In this document: one piece after another, positions 18,894 through 27,343 of the stretch
How the letters are laid out: every line of letters begins with the position of its first letter
Numbering within the stretch: the first letter of the stretch is position 1
DNA from: Candidatus Heimdallarchaeota archaeon
GTDB taxonomy: Archaea; Asgardarchaeota; Heimdallarchaeia; Heimdallarchaeales; Heimdallarchaeaceae
NCBI GenBank assembly: GCA_019057375.1
Contig: DXJF01000097.1
Coordinates: forward strand, 22,313 to 86,312
Reading direction: 5' to 3'
DNA: 64,000 bases
Notes under the pieces: generated by a model
The model's database searches: none
The model's input: the letters and a program-made list of their open reading frames with translations, nothing else
Told to the model about the DNA's origin: nothing
Position numbers and translations under genes: made by a program

Positions 18894-19506
18894 AAAAATT
18901 AATTTTTACTAAATATAGTTTCTCAAAGAATAAACTTAATTCACCCATAATCTCTAATTCTATTCTATTTTTCTTTAATTCTTGAATATTATCTTCTTGC
19001 CAACTTAGAGATGAGAATATAGTATAAAAACTGGCATTAACTTTGTTTTTTCGTAAAGAATCCAACATCTCATACGTCTCTTCATAGCCCTTTTCCCCCC
19101 CCACTAACATAAGCTTGTTTAATGATGAAAGGTTTCCACTTTCCTCATTATCAGGTAGATAGGGCGGATTCCAGATAATAATTTCAGAGTCGAGATAATG
19201 AACGGCCTCAATCTTATCCATACACACAATGTCAACTTGATTCTGAATACTGTTTAATTGTAAATTGTACTTAATTGCTTTGGTGGCACTAAATGAAATA
19301 TCAGATATTAGAAACTGAATATGGGGATTTCTTTTGGCAAGAACAATAGATATAATTCCTGAACCGCTACCTATTTCCACAATTTTCTTTATGCTGCTGG
19401 GTACTTCTATTGTATCTATTAGAAAAAAAGTATCTTCTGCGGGAAAATAGACATCATCCTCTAATTCTAGTTCTATTTCATATTTGGGGAAATCATATTT
19501 AACCAA
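18871..19506 (-). CDS. HemK2/Mtq2-like methyltransferase
   Basis: VYFPAEDTF, EIGSGSG, NPPYLP, GG..G. Confidence 0.88.
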   Translation of the reverse strand: MVKYDFPKYEIELELEDDVYFPAEDTFFLIDTIEVPSSIKKIVEIGSGSGIISIVLAKRNPHIQFLISDISFSATKAIKYNLQLNSIQNQVDIVCMDKIEAVHYLDSEIIIWNPPYLPDNEESGNLSSLNKLMLVGGEKGYEETYEMLDSLRKNKVNASFYTIFSSLSWQEDNIQELKKNRIELEIMGELSLFFEKLYLVKINFCERNDKL

Positions 19507-20357
19507 AGTTCCTCGCCTATCCTTTCTTTAATGTGACCATATAGTTGTAGAAGTTCTTCAAATGACATTGTGAAAACTCGTCTTTCCATAAATTGAAGCG
19601 TTTCTAAAACTTTCCTTTCAACCAATATATTTTGCTTTTCCTTTCTCTTCATTATATTGAACAAAATACTTCGAATTGTCTTTTTCTTGTTTGTAAAAAG
19701 CATTCTCACAAATGCAGAAAAATCTTCGTTATCATCTAAATGAACCTCATCTTTTTTTGTAATAGCTACTATTGAAGAATATATCTTTGGTTGTGGATAG
19801 AATGAACTTGGTTTAACAATCTTAAGATTCCTACAGATCGCCTTTAAATTAATCATCACTGAAAGTCTTGAATAATTGCTGGTTCCAGGTTTAGCAAAAA
19901 ACCTCTGTGCAAACTCCCTTTGATACATGAGAATTGCTAAATCAAAAGAATATTCTAGAAGCTTAAATGTTATGGGCGAAGATATTTGATAGGGTAGATT
20001 GGAGACACATTTAGTAAATCTTGGGAAGTCTGTTTTAACAGCATCCCCTTGTATTATCTCTACATTTGAAAAATCTTGTAGAAAATTAGTTAAAAATGAG
20101 ATCATTCGTTTATCATGTTCTATAATAATCAGTTTTTTAGCTTTGCTAGCAATACATTTTGATAGGTTCCCTATTCCTCCCCCAATTTCAAGAACGATAT
20201 CCTTAGGTTGTATACTTGCTTGGTTTATTTGATAGTTGATAATGTTAGAATCTACTAAAAAATTCTGTCCCCTATGTCTGGAAGGAGTGATATTCAACTC
20301 TCTTAAACTATCTAAAACATGTTTTCTTAGTTCAAAAGAGGAAGTCCAGCAATCCAT
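19473..20357 (-). CDS. rsmA: 16S rRNA m62A dimethyltransferase KsgA/Dim1
   Basis: GQNFLVD, VLEIGGGIG, SNLPYQISS, YSRLSV. Confidence 0.95.
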   Translation of the reverse strand: MDCWTSSFELRKHVLDSLRELNITPSRHRGQNFLVDSNIINYQINQASIQPKDIVLEIGGGIGNLSKCIASKAKKLIIIEHDKRMISFLTNFLQDFSNVEIIQGDAVKTDFPRFTKCVSNLPYQISSPITFKLLEYSFDLAILMYQREFAQRFFAKPGTSNYSRLSVMINLKAICRNLKIVKPSSFYPQPKIYSSIVAITKKDEVHLDDNEDFSAFVRMLFTNKKKTIRSILFNIMKRKEKQNILVERKVLETLQFMERRVFTMSFEELLQLYGHIKERIGEELWLNMISPNMK

Positions 20358-20377
20358 TATTCAAACCATTTTTAGTG

Positions 20378-21043
20378 TTACCTTCTTTGTCCAGAATCTG
20401 GGTTTGCTGTAAATAATCTATGTTTCTCATCTTCTATTAATTCTTGCATAATCCTATTGAGAATCATTTTTCTTATATCAGAGATTTTTACTCTCTCTTC
20501 TATATCGCTAAAGGAGACGAAAGGCATGCTTTTTCTTGATTGTAATATTTCCCACATCAGCTTCTTTCCAATGCCAGGTATTAATTGCAGAGAGTGAATA
20601 CGGTTGGTTATAGGTTGAGCTTTATTGAAAAATGAAACAAATCTTTTTTCGTTCTTGTTTATTATATTAAGAACAGCTTCTTTCAATGAACTATATCCTG
20701 TGTTTGTTAAATCATTTACAGTAATTCTGCGTTTGATTTGTCTAATTGGAGTTTTTTCACTGATTTTTGGTAATGGTAGCTCTGTGAATTGAGGATAACT
20801 GCTCCTTTTTTCAACGACCATATCGAGTAAACTAAACCATGTTGTACCAATACCCTGAATTGTAGGTTCCCTTTGTTTGGTTTGTCCAAAACCTTTACCA
20901 TCTGGTAAATAGTCGAGAACTAGAATTCGTGACTCATCTTTCTTTGTATGTTTTACACGAGTAACGGGGCTAATAATGAAATCATCACTTTCGGTTGATT
21001 TTTCAGAACGTTTGTTTGATCTGGAATGTTTATTGTTTACCAT
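20378..21043 (-). CDS. DUF655 family protein
   Basis: VLDYLPDG, Q.IG..WF.LL, HSLQLIPGIGKK; typical rpoF neighbour. Confidence 0.9.
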   Translation of the reverse strand: MVNNKHSRSNKRSEKSTESDDFIISPVTRVKHTKKDESRILVLDYLPDGKGFGQTKQREPTIQGIGTTWFSLLDMVVEKRSSYPQFTELPLPKISEKTPIRQIKRRITVNDLTNTGYSSLKEAVLNIINKNEKRFVSFFNKAQPITNRIHSLQLIPGIGKKLMWEILQSRKSMPFVSFSDIEERVKISDIRKMILNRIMQELIEDEKHRLFTANPDSGQRR

Positions 21044-21117
21044 GATACTCTCACCATAAATAAGTACAAATACAAAAAAAGTTTTTGCTTTCTTGGTATT
21101 AATCCTATATTGAAGTT

Positions 21118-21471
21118 TTATGCGGATTTGGGTTCTCTATCGATAAATGGCTTAATAATGTTAAAGATTTCTTTGATGTCGGGATCTGTTAGCATTTGTG
21201 GTTCTTTTGAGAGCAAATCCTTCAGTTCTTCTATAGATGGGGGAAGTATATTTGCAATAGTATATGCAGAGAGTTCAGACAATTTATATTTTTTAATTAA
21301 TTTCTCAACTATTTCTCTAGATTCTTCAGGTTCAATTCTAGCGTTTTGCATAGCATGTTCAAATGCTACTCTTTGCCAGTAAGAAAGTTCTGATTCTTCA
21401 CTTCTTTCCTGTAAGATACGCATAGCTTCAGAAATTGTTAATGGTTTTTTTTCGAGACCCTCTCTAGGCAT
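21118..21471 (-). CDS. rpoF: RNA polymerase subunit Rpo4 (F)
   Basis: LT.SEA..IL, LSYWQR.A.EH, IANILP...EEL. Confidence 0.9.
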   Translation of the reverse strand: MPREGLEKKPLTISEAMRILQERSEESELSYWQRVAFEHAMQNARIEPEESREIVEKLIKKYKLSELSAYTIANILPPSIEELKDLLSKEPQMLTDPDIKEIFNIIKPFIDREPKSA

Positions 21472-21483
21472 AAACTCACTTCA

Positions 21484-21795
21484 CTAATTTTCTACTTGAA
21501 CAACAGAACGACTTAAGCGTAAATGTTCCTTTACTGCAATAATTTGCTTTGTAGCTCTTCCTTGTTTTATTGAAATAATGAAAGCTTTACCTTGTTTTTT
21601 TGTGATTTCACCTGTTTTACCATGATATCTTCTGTGAGGCATTCCTCTATGTTCACTTGAATCAATAATAATGTCCACTATATCACCTTCGTTGAAATCA
21701 CGCAATAGATAATCTAAAGGTCGAATACCTTTATCTCTTGTATGCTTCTTCATGAGATGTCTTGTTCTAGCACGATAACCTTTGGATTTACGCAT
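21484..21795 (-). CDS. rpl21e: Ribosomal protein eL21
   Basis: KGYRARTR, GMPHRRYHGKTG, KEHL. Confidence 0.96.
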   Translation of the reverse strand: MRKSKGYRARTRHLMKKHTRDKGIRPLDYLLRDFNEGDIVDIIIDSSEHRGMPHRRYHGKTGEITKKQGKAFIISIKQGRATKQIIAVKEHLRLSRSVVQVEN

Positions 21796-21914
21796 ACTTT
21801 ACACCTTTATGTCTAATTTATACAAGTGAGCAAAGTCCCTCGATGTAACTTTTAATCTTTTCGTTATCTGTTCTGGTGATTGCAAACCATACCATCAAAA
21901 CCACTACGTCTATT

Positions 21915-23255
21915 TTACGCTTTATTGGACCCATCCTGAATTTCAATGACATCCAATTCCTTGCATTTAGCTTCTATACCTATAACTTCTGCTATGCTGG
22001 GTTTTGTTCGGTTATTATCTCCTGAAATTAGTTCTTTAACATAACAACCACCATCGCAAGTTATTATGGCTTCAATATGAGTCTCATCAATTTTTGAGCA
22101 TTGAACAGAAAATGCTGTTTTCTTTCTTATAATATCTGCTCTTCTATGAGAAACTCTCTGAGGTGTTCGTTGATTTATAGTGCGGTTTTGAAAGAATTCT
22201 TCGATTTCTTTGATTTTCTTTTCAGAAACTGTTTCTTTAAAAGTAATAAGAGCTTTGTACTTCTTTACAGTTCGTTCTGCACTGCTTTTTAAATCTCTCA
22301 ACTCATTTTTTGAAGACCATCTGTATTCAGAAACATCGATTTTTCCTTTACCAAACTGGTTTGTGTTTTTTTCAAGCTCACGCAAATCTATGGTTCGTAC
22401 CTTTGGCTCCACTATTTCGAGAACAAAAGGTCTTCCTGTACCCAACATCAAAGCATCTATATCCTCTCTTCCCGCTCCATGTAACACGCCTTTGTACCCA
22501 TGTGTTAATTTAAGTGCTTCATATTCTGCAAGCTCCTCAACAGATTCCTGATGTTTTTTACCAGTATGATCGCACTCTACACATCCTTTCCCTTTACATT
22601 TTCTACAAGGCCAACGTGTCTGAGGTAGAGTTCGAATATATTTTCGATATCGGCCATAAATATACAAAGGTTTTAACTTGAGGTCTATAGAGTAGGTTAA
22701 AGGACTTATTTCGATGACAATTTCTGGGGACTGAAAATCGGTTTCTTTTGAAAGAAACTCTCCAATTTTTCCTCCTATCAAACGATTGAATTCTTGCTTT
22801 AGATATTCAGTTTGCACAACATTGAATTCTTCTTTCAGATTTCTCTCTCTTTCAAAGAACTCCTTAGGTAGTGAAGTACCAATCAAGAATGTTTGAAATT
22901 CATAATCTTTAACTTCTGGTAAAATCCCTTGTATAATCTCTTCTGAATTTTCAGTCAGAGTATTTTGACAGATATAACACTCTTCTGAATCCTCTGTTTC
23001 AAAATTATTTCTCCTTAGAGTATTTTTTGCCAATTTATTGTCTGCTCTTGATAAAGTTTGAAGTATTAAGACATTATTATCAGTAATATCAGTTGAATAA
23101 AATAGAGATAGAAAGTCCTTAATTGTTGAGCCTCTGTTCTTGTTTGTTGTTCCTGTTGACAAATTAGAGAATTGTCTTCCTAAACAATAATCACACAAAG
23201 AATGTGATTTTAGTATGTCTATAGCTTTTTTATGCAGAGTCATCCTATCTAACAC
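21915..23255 (-). CDS. pus10: tRNA pseudouridine(54/55) synthase Pus10
   Basis: LCDYCLGRQF, GRYRK..R..PQT.W, HGAGREDID, GRPF, QRTPQRV.HRR, YVKELISGD. Confidence 0.96.
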   Translation of the reverse strand: MLDRMTLHKKAIDILKSHSLCDYCLGRQFSNLSTGTTNKNRGSTIKDFLSLFYSTDITDNNVLILQTLSRADNKLAKNTLRRNNFETEDSEECYICQNTLTENSEEIIQGILPEVKDYEFQTFLIGTSLPKEFFERERNLKEEFNVVQTEYLKQEFNRLIGGKIGEFLSKETDFQSPEIVIEISPLTYSIDLKLKPLYIYGRYRKYIRTLPQTRWPCRKCKGKGCVECDHTGKKHQESVEELAEYEALKLTHGYKGVLHGAGREDIDALMLGTGRPFVLEIVEPKVRTIDLRELEKNTNQFGKGKIDVSEYRWSSKNELRDLKSSAERTVKKYKALITFKETVSEKKIKEIEEFFQNRTINQRTPQRVSHRRADIIRKKTAFSVQCSKIDETHIEAIITCDGGCYVKELISGDNNRTKPSIAEVIGIEAKCKELDVIEIQDGSNKA

Positions 23256-23814
23256 TCTCCAGAAGATAATTGGTAATGATTACTTGCTCATCAACTACTA
23301 GATGCTTTAAGAGCATCTTCTTTGAATTGATTGATAAAGGTAGTTTTTCGAAACCATAAGAAAAGACATTGCTATGTTTAACGATTTCTTGTGAAAATTC
23401 TGATTCTTTTTCACATGTTGAAACAACTTGAACTATCTTATCCTCTTTGTGCTTTTCAAAGATCCAATCGCTACTTTGCTCTAGAACTGAAATTCCTGGT
23501 GTGAGTTTTCCATCTCGAGAATTAGGATTTATTATGTGACTTTTTGCTCGTAGTATAAGGTGTGCTGATGAAAAGAAGCCAGGACCAAGATACTTTAACT
23601 TGCTACCTTCAAAAGTAATTACATATGGTATTCCTTGGTAGCTTGTACAATAATAAAGAAAAAGATTCTTTCTAAATTGATTTGACAGAAAAAAAGAATC
23701 AGCAATTGATTTGATATAGGGTGCGGATTCTTCCAACTCTGTATTTTTTTTATATAAATTGGATTTAATAAAAGATAAAGGAGGTGCGTTTAAGATGAAA
23801 AAAAGTTGAGACAT
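23245..23814 (-). CDS. TrmY-like (SPOUT) m1-pseudouridine-54 methyltransferase homologue, divergent
   Basis: SFFLSNQFR, ITFEGSKLKYLGP, TPGISV resemble TrmY; overlaps pus10 end; C-terminal knot motifs degenerate. Confidence 0.55.
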   Translation of the reverse strand: MSQLFFILNAPPLSFIKSNLYKKNTELEESAPYIKSIADSFFLSNQFRKNLFLYYCTSYQGIPYVITFEGSKLKYLGPGFFSSAHLILRAKSHIINPNSRDGKLTPGISVLEQSSDWIFEKHKEDKIVQVVSTCEKESEFSQEIVKHSNVFSYGFEKLPLSINSKKMLLKHLVVDEQVIITNYLLESVR

Positions 23815-23837
23815 ACGATTTCACATTTAGTGATTGT

Positions 23838-25181
23838 CTATTGTCCTAATAACCCAGGTGGTATTCCTGGTATTTGCATTCCTCCGCGTCTTCCTTTACG
23901 CATGCGTTTTACCAGATTGGTCATCATCTTGTGTTGGGCCATTAGTTCTCTAACTTCTGAAACAGGTCTCCCACTACCTTTAGCAATTCGTTGAACTCTA
24001 GAACTCCCCAATTTAGTTTTTCCATCTAGTTCTTCATTTGTCATAGAGGTCATAATGACTTTGAATCTTTTCATATTGTCCTTTGAAACATCGAGCATAT
24101 CTTCATCAATAGTCATTCCTAATCCTGGAATCATTGAAAGCATTCTCTTCATTGAACCAGAGGAGCTGAAAGTGTCTAACAATTCCATCATTTGTCTATA
24201 GGAGATTTTACCACTTAGCATGCTCATTGCTTCCTCTTTTGAGGGAAGTGCCTCCATTTCTCGTACTTCTTTCAAAAGACCTTCTAAATCCCCTACTCCA
24301 ATAAGTCTTCCTACAAACGAAGTTGGGTTGAATTCCTCCAAAGAATCGATATCTTCACCATCAGCGAGGAATTTAATTGGAACCTTAACTGCTACTGCTG
24401 CAGAGAGACTACCACCACCCTTAGCTGAACCATCCATTTTAGTAACAATAACTGATCCTACTTTGGTTACTTCTGCAAAGGCAGAAGCTTGATCATGAGC
24501 CGCTTGTCCGAGATTTCCATCTACAACAAGTATAATCTCATCTGGCTTTATTTTATCATTAAGTTCTTTCATTTCTTTAAGAAGAGCTTTTTCCTCTTTG
24601 TGACGTCCAGCTGTATCAATAATGATTGTGTTATACTTTTCATCCAAAAATTTCTTAACACCATCTGCTGCAATTTTGACAGTATGTTTATTTTCAGGGT
24701 CACCATAAACAGGTACTTTAATACTTGAGCAAAGTTGTTGCAATTGTTCATAGGCACCGGGTCTAAAATTATCGACAGTTACAACTGCAACCTTTTTACC
24801 TCTTTTTTGAATGTATTTCGCTAGTTTTGCTGTTGTGGTTGTTTTTCCTGATCCTTGAATCCCTACCAACATTATTAGTGTTGGTTTGTTTGGATGTAAA
24901 GTAAGGGGGTAAACCTTTGTTCCTAGAAACTTAGAAAGCTCATCATGTATGATTGACAAAACACTTTTTTTACGAGATAAACCATCCGGAAGTCCCTTAT
25001 CCATAGATTTACGTTCAACTTCATTAACTACCTCTGCAGCTAAATCAAATTGAACATCAGCTTCTAATAAAGCTTTTAACATTGCATTCTTTAATTCACG
25101 AATTTGCTCTTTATCTGGAGGACCACCTCTAAGTATCTTAGAAATTGCGGTGTTAAGAGCAGAACCTAGTTTACCTAACAT
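23838..25181 (-). CDS. srp54: Signal recognition particle protein SRP54
   Basis: GIQGSGKTTT, DTAGRH, TKMDG, M-domain SRVQRIAKGSG. Confidence 0.97.
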   Translation of the reverse strand: MLGKLGSALNTAISKILRGGPPDKEQIRELKNAMLKALLEADVQFDLAAEVVNEVERKSMDKGLPDGLSRKKSVLSIIHDELSKFLGTKVYPLTLHPNKPTLIMLVGIQGSGKTTTTAKLAKYIQKRGKKVAVVTVDNFRPGAYEQLQQLCSSIKVPVYGDPENKHTVKIAADGVKKFLDEKYNTIIIDTAGRHKEEKALLKEMKELNDKIKPDEIILVVDGNLGQAAHDQASAFAEVTKVGSVIVTKMDGSAKGGGSLSAAVAVKVPIKFLADGEDIDSLEEFNPTSFVGRLIGVGDLEGLLKEVREMEALPSKEEAMSMLSGKISYRQMMELLDTFSSSGSMKRMLSMIPGLGMTIDEDMLDVSKDNMKRFKVIMTSMTNEELDGKTKLGSSRVQRIAKGSGRPVSEVRELMAQHKMMTNLVKRMRKGRRGGMQIPGIPPGLLGQ

Positions 25182-25259
25182 GGATTATCATTTGAAGAAT
25201 GCAAAAGAGATTAAAGAATATTTTGTTTTGAGGGAAAAGAAAAAAAGAGAGGGTAGGAA

Positions 25260-26159
25260 CTAAAATTTTAATTCTTCAGGTTTGATTCGGATTGGTTCTC
25301 CAGTTAATTTTACTCTGCGTTTAACTTTGAGAGAATTAACGAAGTAAACTTTTCCGCCAACTTCTGAACGACGACCAATAAAGACATCGTGTCCTTTTAC
25401 GTCACCAGTAACTGATGTGGCTCTAATATCGACGTTATTTTTTGCAAATAAGTTGCCACCAACTTTGTATGGATGTTTGACAATGCTACCGATTCTTAGA
25501 CTTAGCCATCTTTTCCATCCTTTCAAACCTAGAGTTACATTTTCTCCTACTAAGTTTCCTTTAACATTAGCTGCTCCCTCTACTGTAACATCTTTTTGTG
25601 ATAGGAGATTTCCACCTACTCCTATGGTTCCTGAAGATTTTACACCATTGTTTGTTTGTAGATTTCCACCTACTTTGAAAGAACCAGAGGATTTTGTGAA
25701 ACCTTGTACAGTAGTTTCTCCTTCAATCTTTGCTGATCCAGCAAATTTGGCATCACCACTACCAATCAAATCTCCACCAACCCTGAAAGATCCAGAAGAT
25801 TTGATGGGACCTAAAATATTAGCATCTTGACCAATTTTTGCAGAGCCACTAAACCTAGCAGAAGATTCGCTCACAAGTCCACCAGATATACCAAAGGATC
25901 CAGAACTTCTAACTGTACCCAAAGAAGTTAAGTTTCCTTCACCTTTTAATGATCCTGAGGTTTTTATTCCAGCACATTTAAAATCTCCAGCAAGTCTTCC
26001 TGAACCTGAAATTTTGACAAATTTAGGAATAACTCCACCGGATATATTTGATGATCCAGAGATTTTAACTAAATCTTCTGATTCCTTTAAACTTCCAGCA
26101 GAGCTGATTGTAGCTCTCTGTTCAACATTTTCGTTTGTTTCTTTAATTGTTTTTTCCAT
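25260..26159 (-). CDS. Bactofilin-like (polymer-forming cytoskeletal) beta-helix protein
   Basis: Repeated SGS/xGx-hydrophobic beta-solenoid units; C-terminal G.V.G..V.IG...V.G.V. Confidence 0.7.
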   Translation of the reverse strand: MEKTIKETNENVEQRATISSAGSLKESEDLVKISGSSNISGGVIPKFVKISGSGRLAGDFKCAGIKTSGSLKGEGNLTSLGTVRSSGSFGISGGLVSESSARFSGSAKIGQDANILGPIKSSGSFRVGGDLIGSGDAKFAGSAKIEGETTVQGFTKSSGSFKVGGNLQTNNGVKSSGTIGVGGNLLSQKDVTVEGAANVKGNLVGENVTLGLKGWKRWLSLRIGSIVKHPYKVGGNLFAKNNVDIRATSVTGDVKGHDVFIGRRSEVGGKVYFVNSLKVKRRVKLTGEPIRIKPEELKF

Positions 26160-26189
26160 TTATTTCACCTTTCTGTTTCATTATCTTAA

Positions 26190-27095
26190 TTACAATCTTA
26201 GTTTTTCATGGCTTATTTTTACTGGCTCATTAGCTAAATCTGCTCTCTTGTTAACATCTATGTAATCAACATAAAAAACAGTACCTTCTACATTGGTAAA
26301 TGGTCCAATCTCGACTTTGAGACCTTTAACATCGCCGTCTACATTGGTATTAGCCAAATAAACTTCCCCAGTACCTAAAACATGCCCTTCAATTATTGAT
26401 TTCTTAAGAGATCGAAATCTTAGACCAAGGAAATCCTTTCCTTTATTGATAAGAATATCATCGCCTACTAAATCACCTTCGACCATAATTCGTCCAGCCG
26501 CTTCAACAATTCCTTGAGATAATAGGTTACCTTCAATTCTAGCAGAACCTGAAAATTTTGCTCCGCTTTCAGCTTGTAAAAGTCCTCCAGTAGTAAAACT
26601 ACCAGCTGCTACAATTCTGCCTTTGAGAATAGTTTCTAAGCCTACTTTTGTAGAACCTGCGAATTTTGCATCTTGATCTCCATGTAAGAAACCAGCGCAC
26701 TTAAAAGATCCAGCAGTATTGATGTCTCCATGGGCAGTAATGCTACCATTACTCTTTAGGGAACCAGCAGATTTCAAGTTGTTACATTCAACATCATTTT
26801 CAATTTTTCCAGAACCTGCGATGCGAATATCCTTTCCAACATACCCTCCTGAGATTTTAGTTGATCCAGCAACTGATAGAGATTTATCAGTTGATACCTT
26901 AACTCCTGAAGTATAAATCTGAGAAGCTTCTTTGTGTTGTTCAAAATTTTCTTTAGCATCATCAAGCTTTTGGAGATAACGTTCTTTTAATTCAACATAG
27001 TTTTGTTTATCGATTTCTCCTTTGTCAAACCTCTTTTCCAAGAGTTCTAATAATTCTTCATACATTTTGACTTCGTTTTTAGACAATTGTATCAC
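26190..27095 (-). CDS. Bactofilin-like beta-helix protein with N-terminal SHOCT-like domain
   Basis: LELLEKRFDKGEIDKQNYVELKERY then AGS-repeat solenoid; paralogue of 25260-26159. Confidence 0.7.
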   Translation of the reverse strand: MIQLSKNEVKMYEELLELLEKRFDKGEIDKQNYVELKERYLQKLDDAKENFEQHKEASQIYTSGVKVSTDKSLSVAGSTKISGGYVGKDIRIAGSGKIENDVECNNLKSAGSLKSNGSITAHGDINTAGSFKCAGFLHGDQDAKFAGSTKVGLETILKGRIVAAGSFTTGGLLQAESGAKFSGSARIEGNLLSQGIVEAAGRIMVEGDLVGDDILINKGKDFLGLRFRSLKKSIIEGHVLGTGEVYLANTNVDGDVKGLKVEIGPFTNVEGTVFYVDYIDVNKRADLANEPVKISHEKLRL

Positions 27096-27253
27096 TATGA
27101 TACCAATAACATCGCTTTATTTAATCATTTTTTTAATTGGTTAGAACAAGTGCTTAATCGCCAGGTTAAACGTTTTTAATATCAAGGTAAAGAGGATAAA
27201 CCATATAGCTTAAGGTTAAACCAACCAGTGAAAAAATCCACAAAAGGTAAGAA

Positions 27254-27295
27254 TGGTGCGGGGAGGGAGATTCGAACTCCCGAACCACTAAGGAA
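27254..27295 (-). pseudogene. tRNA-Leu 3' fragment, copy 1 (part left of the inserted element)
   Basis: Plus strand TGGTGCGGGGAGGGAGATTCGAACTCCCGAACCACTAAGGAA is nearly identical to 31861-31902. Confidence 0.92.
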
Positions 27296-27343
27296 AGGTG
27301 TTTTTTTATCGTGTTTAAATATCAAATTACAGATATAAAAGTG

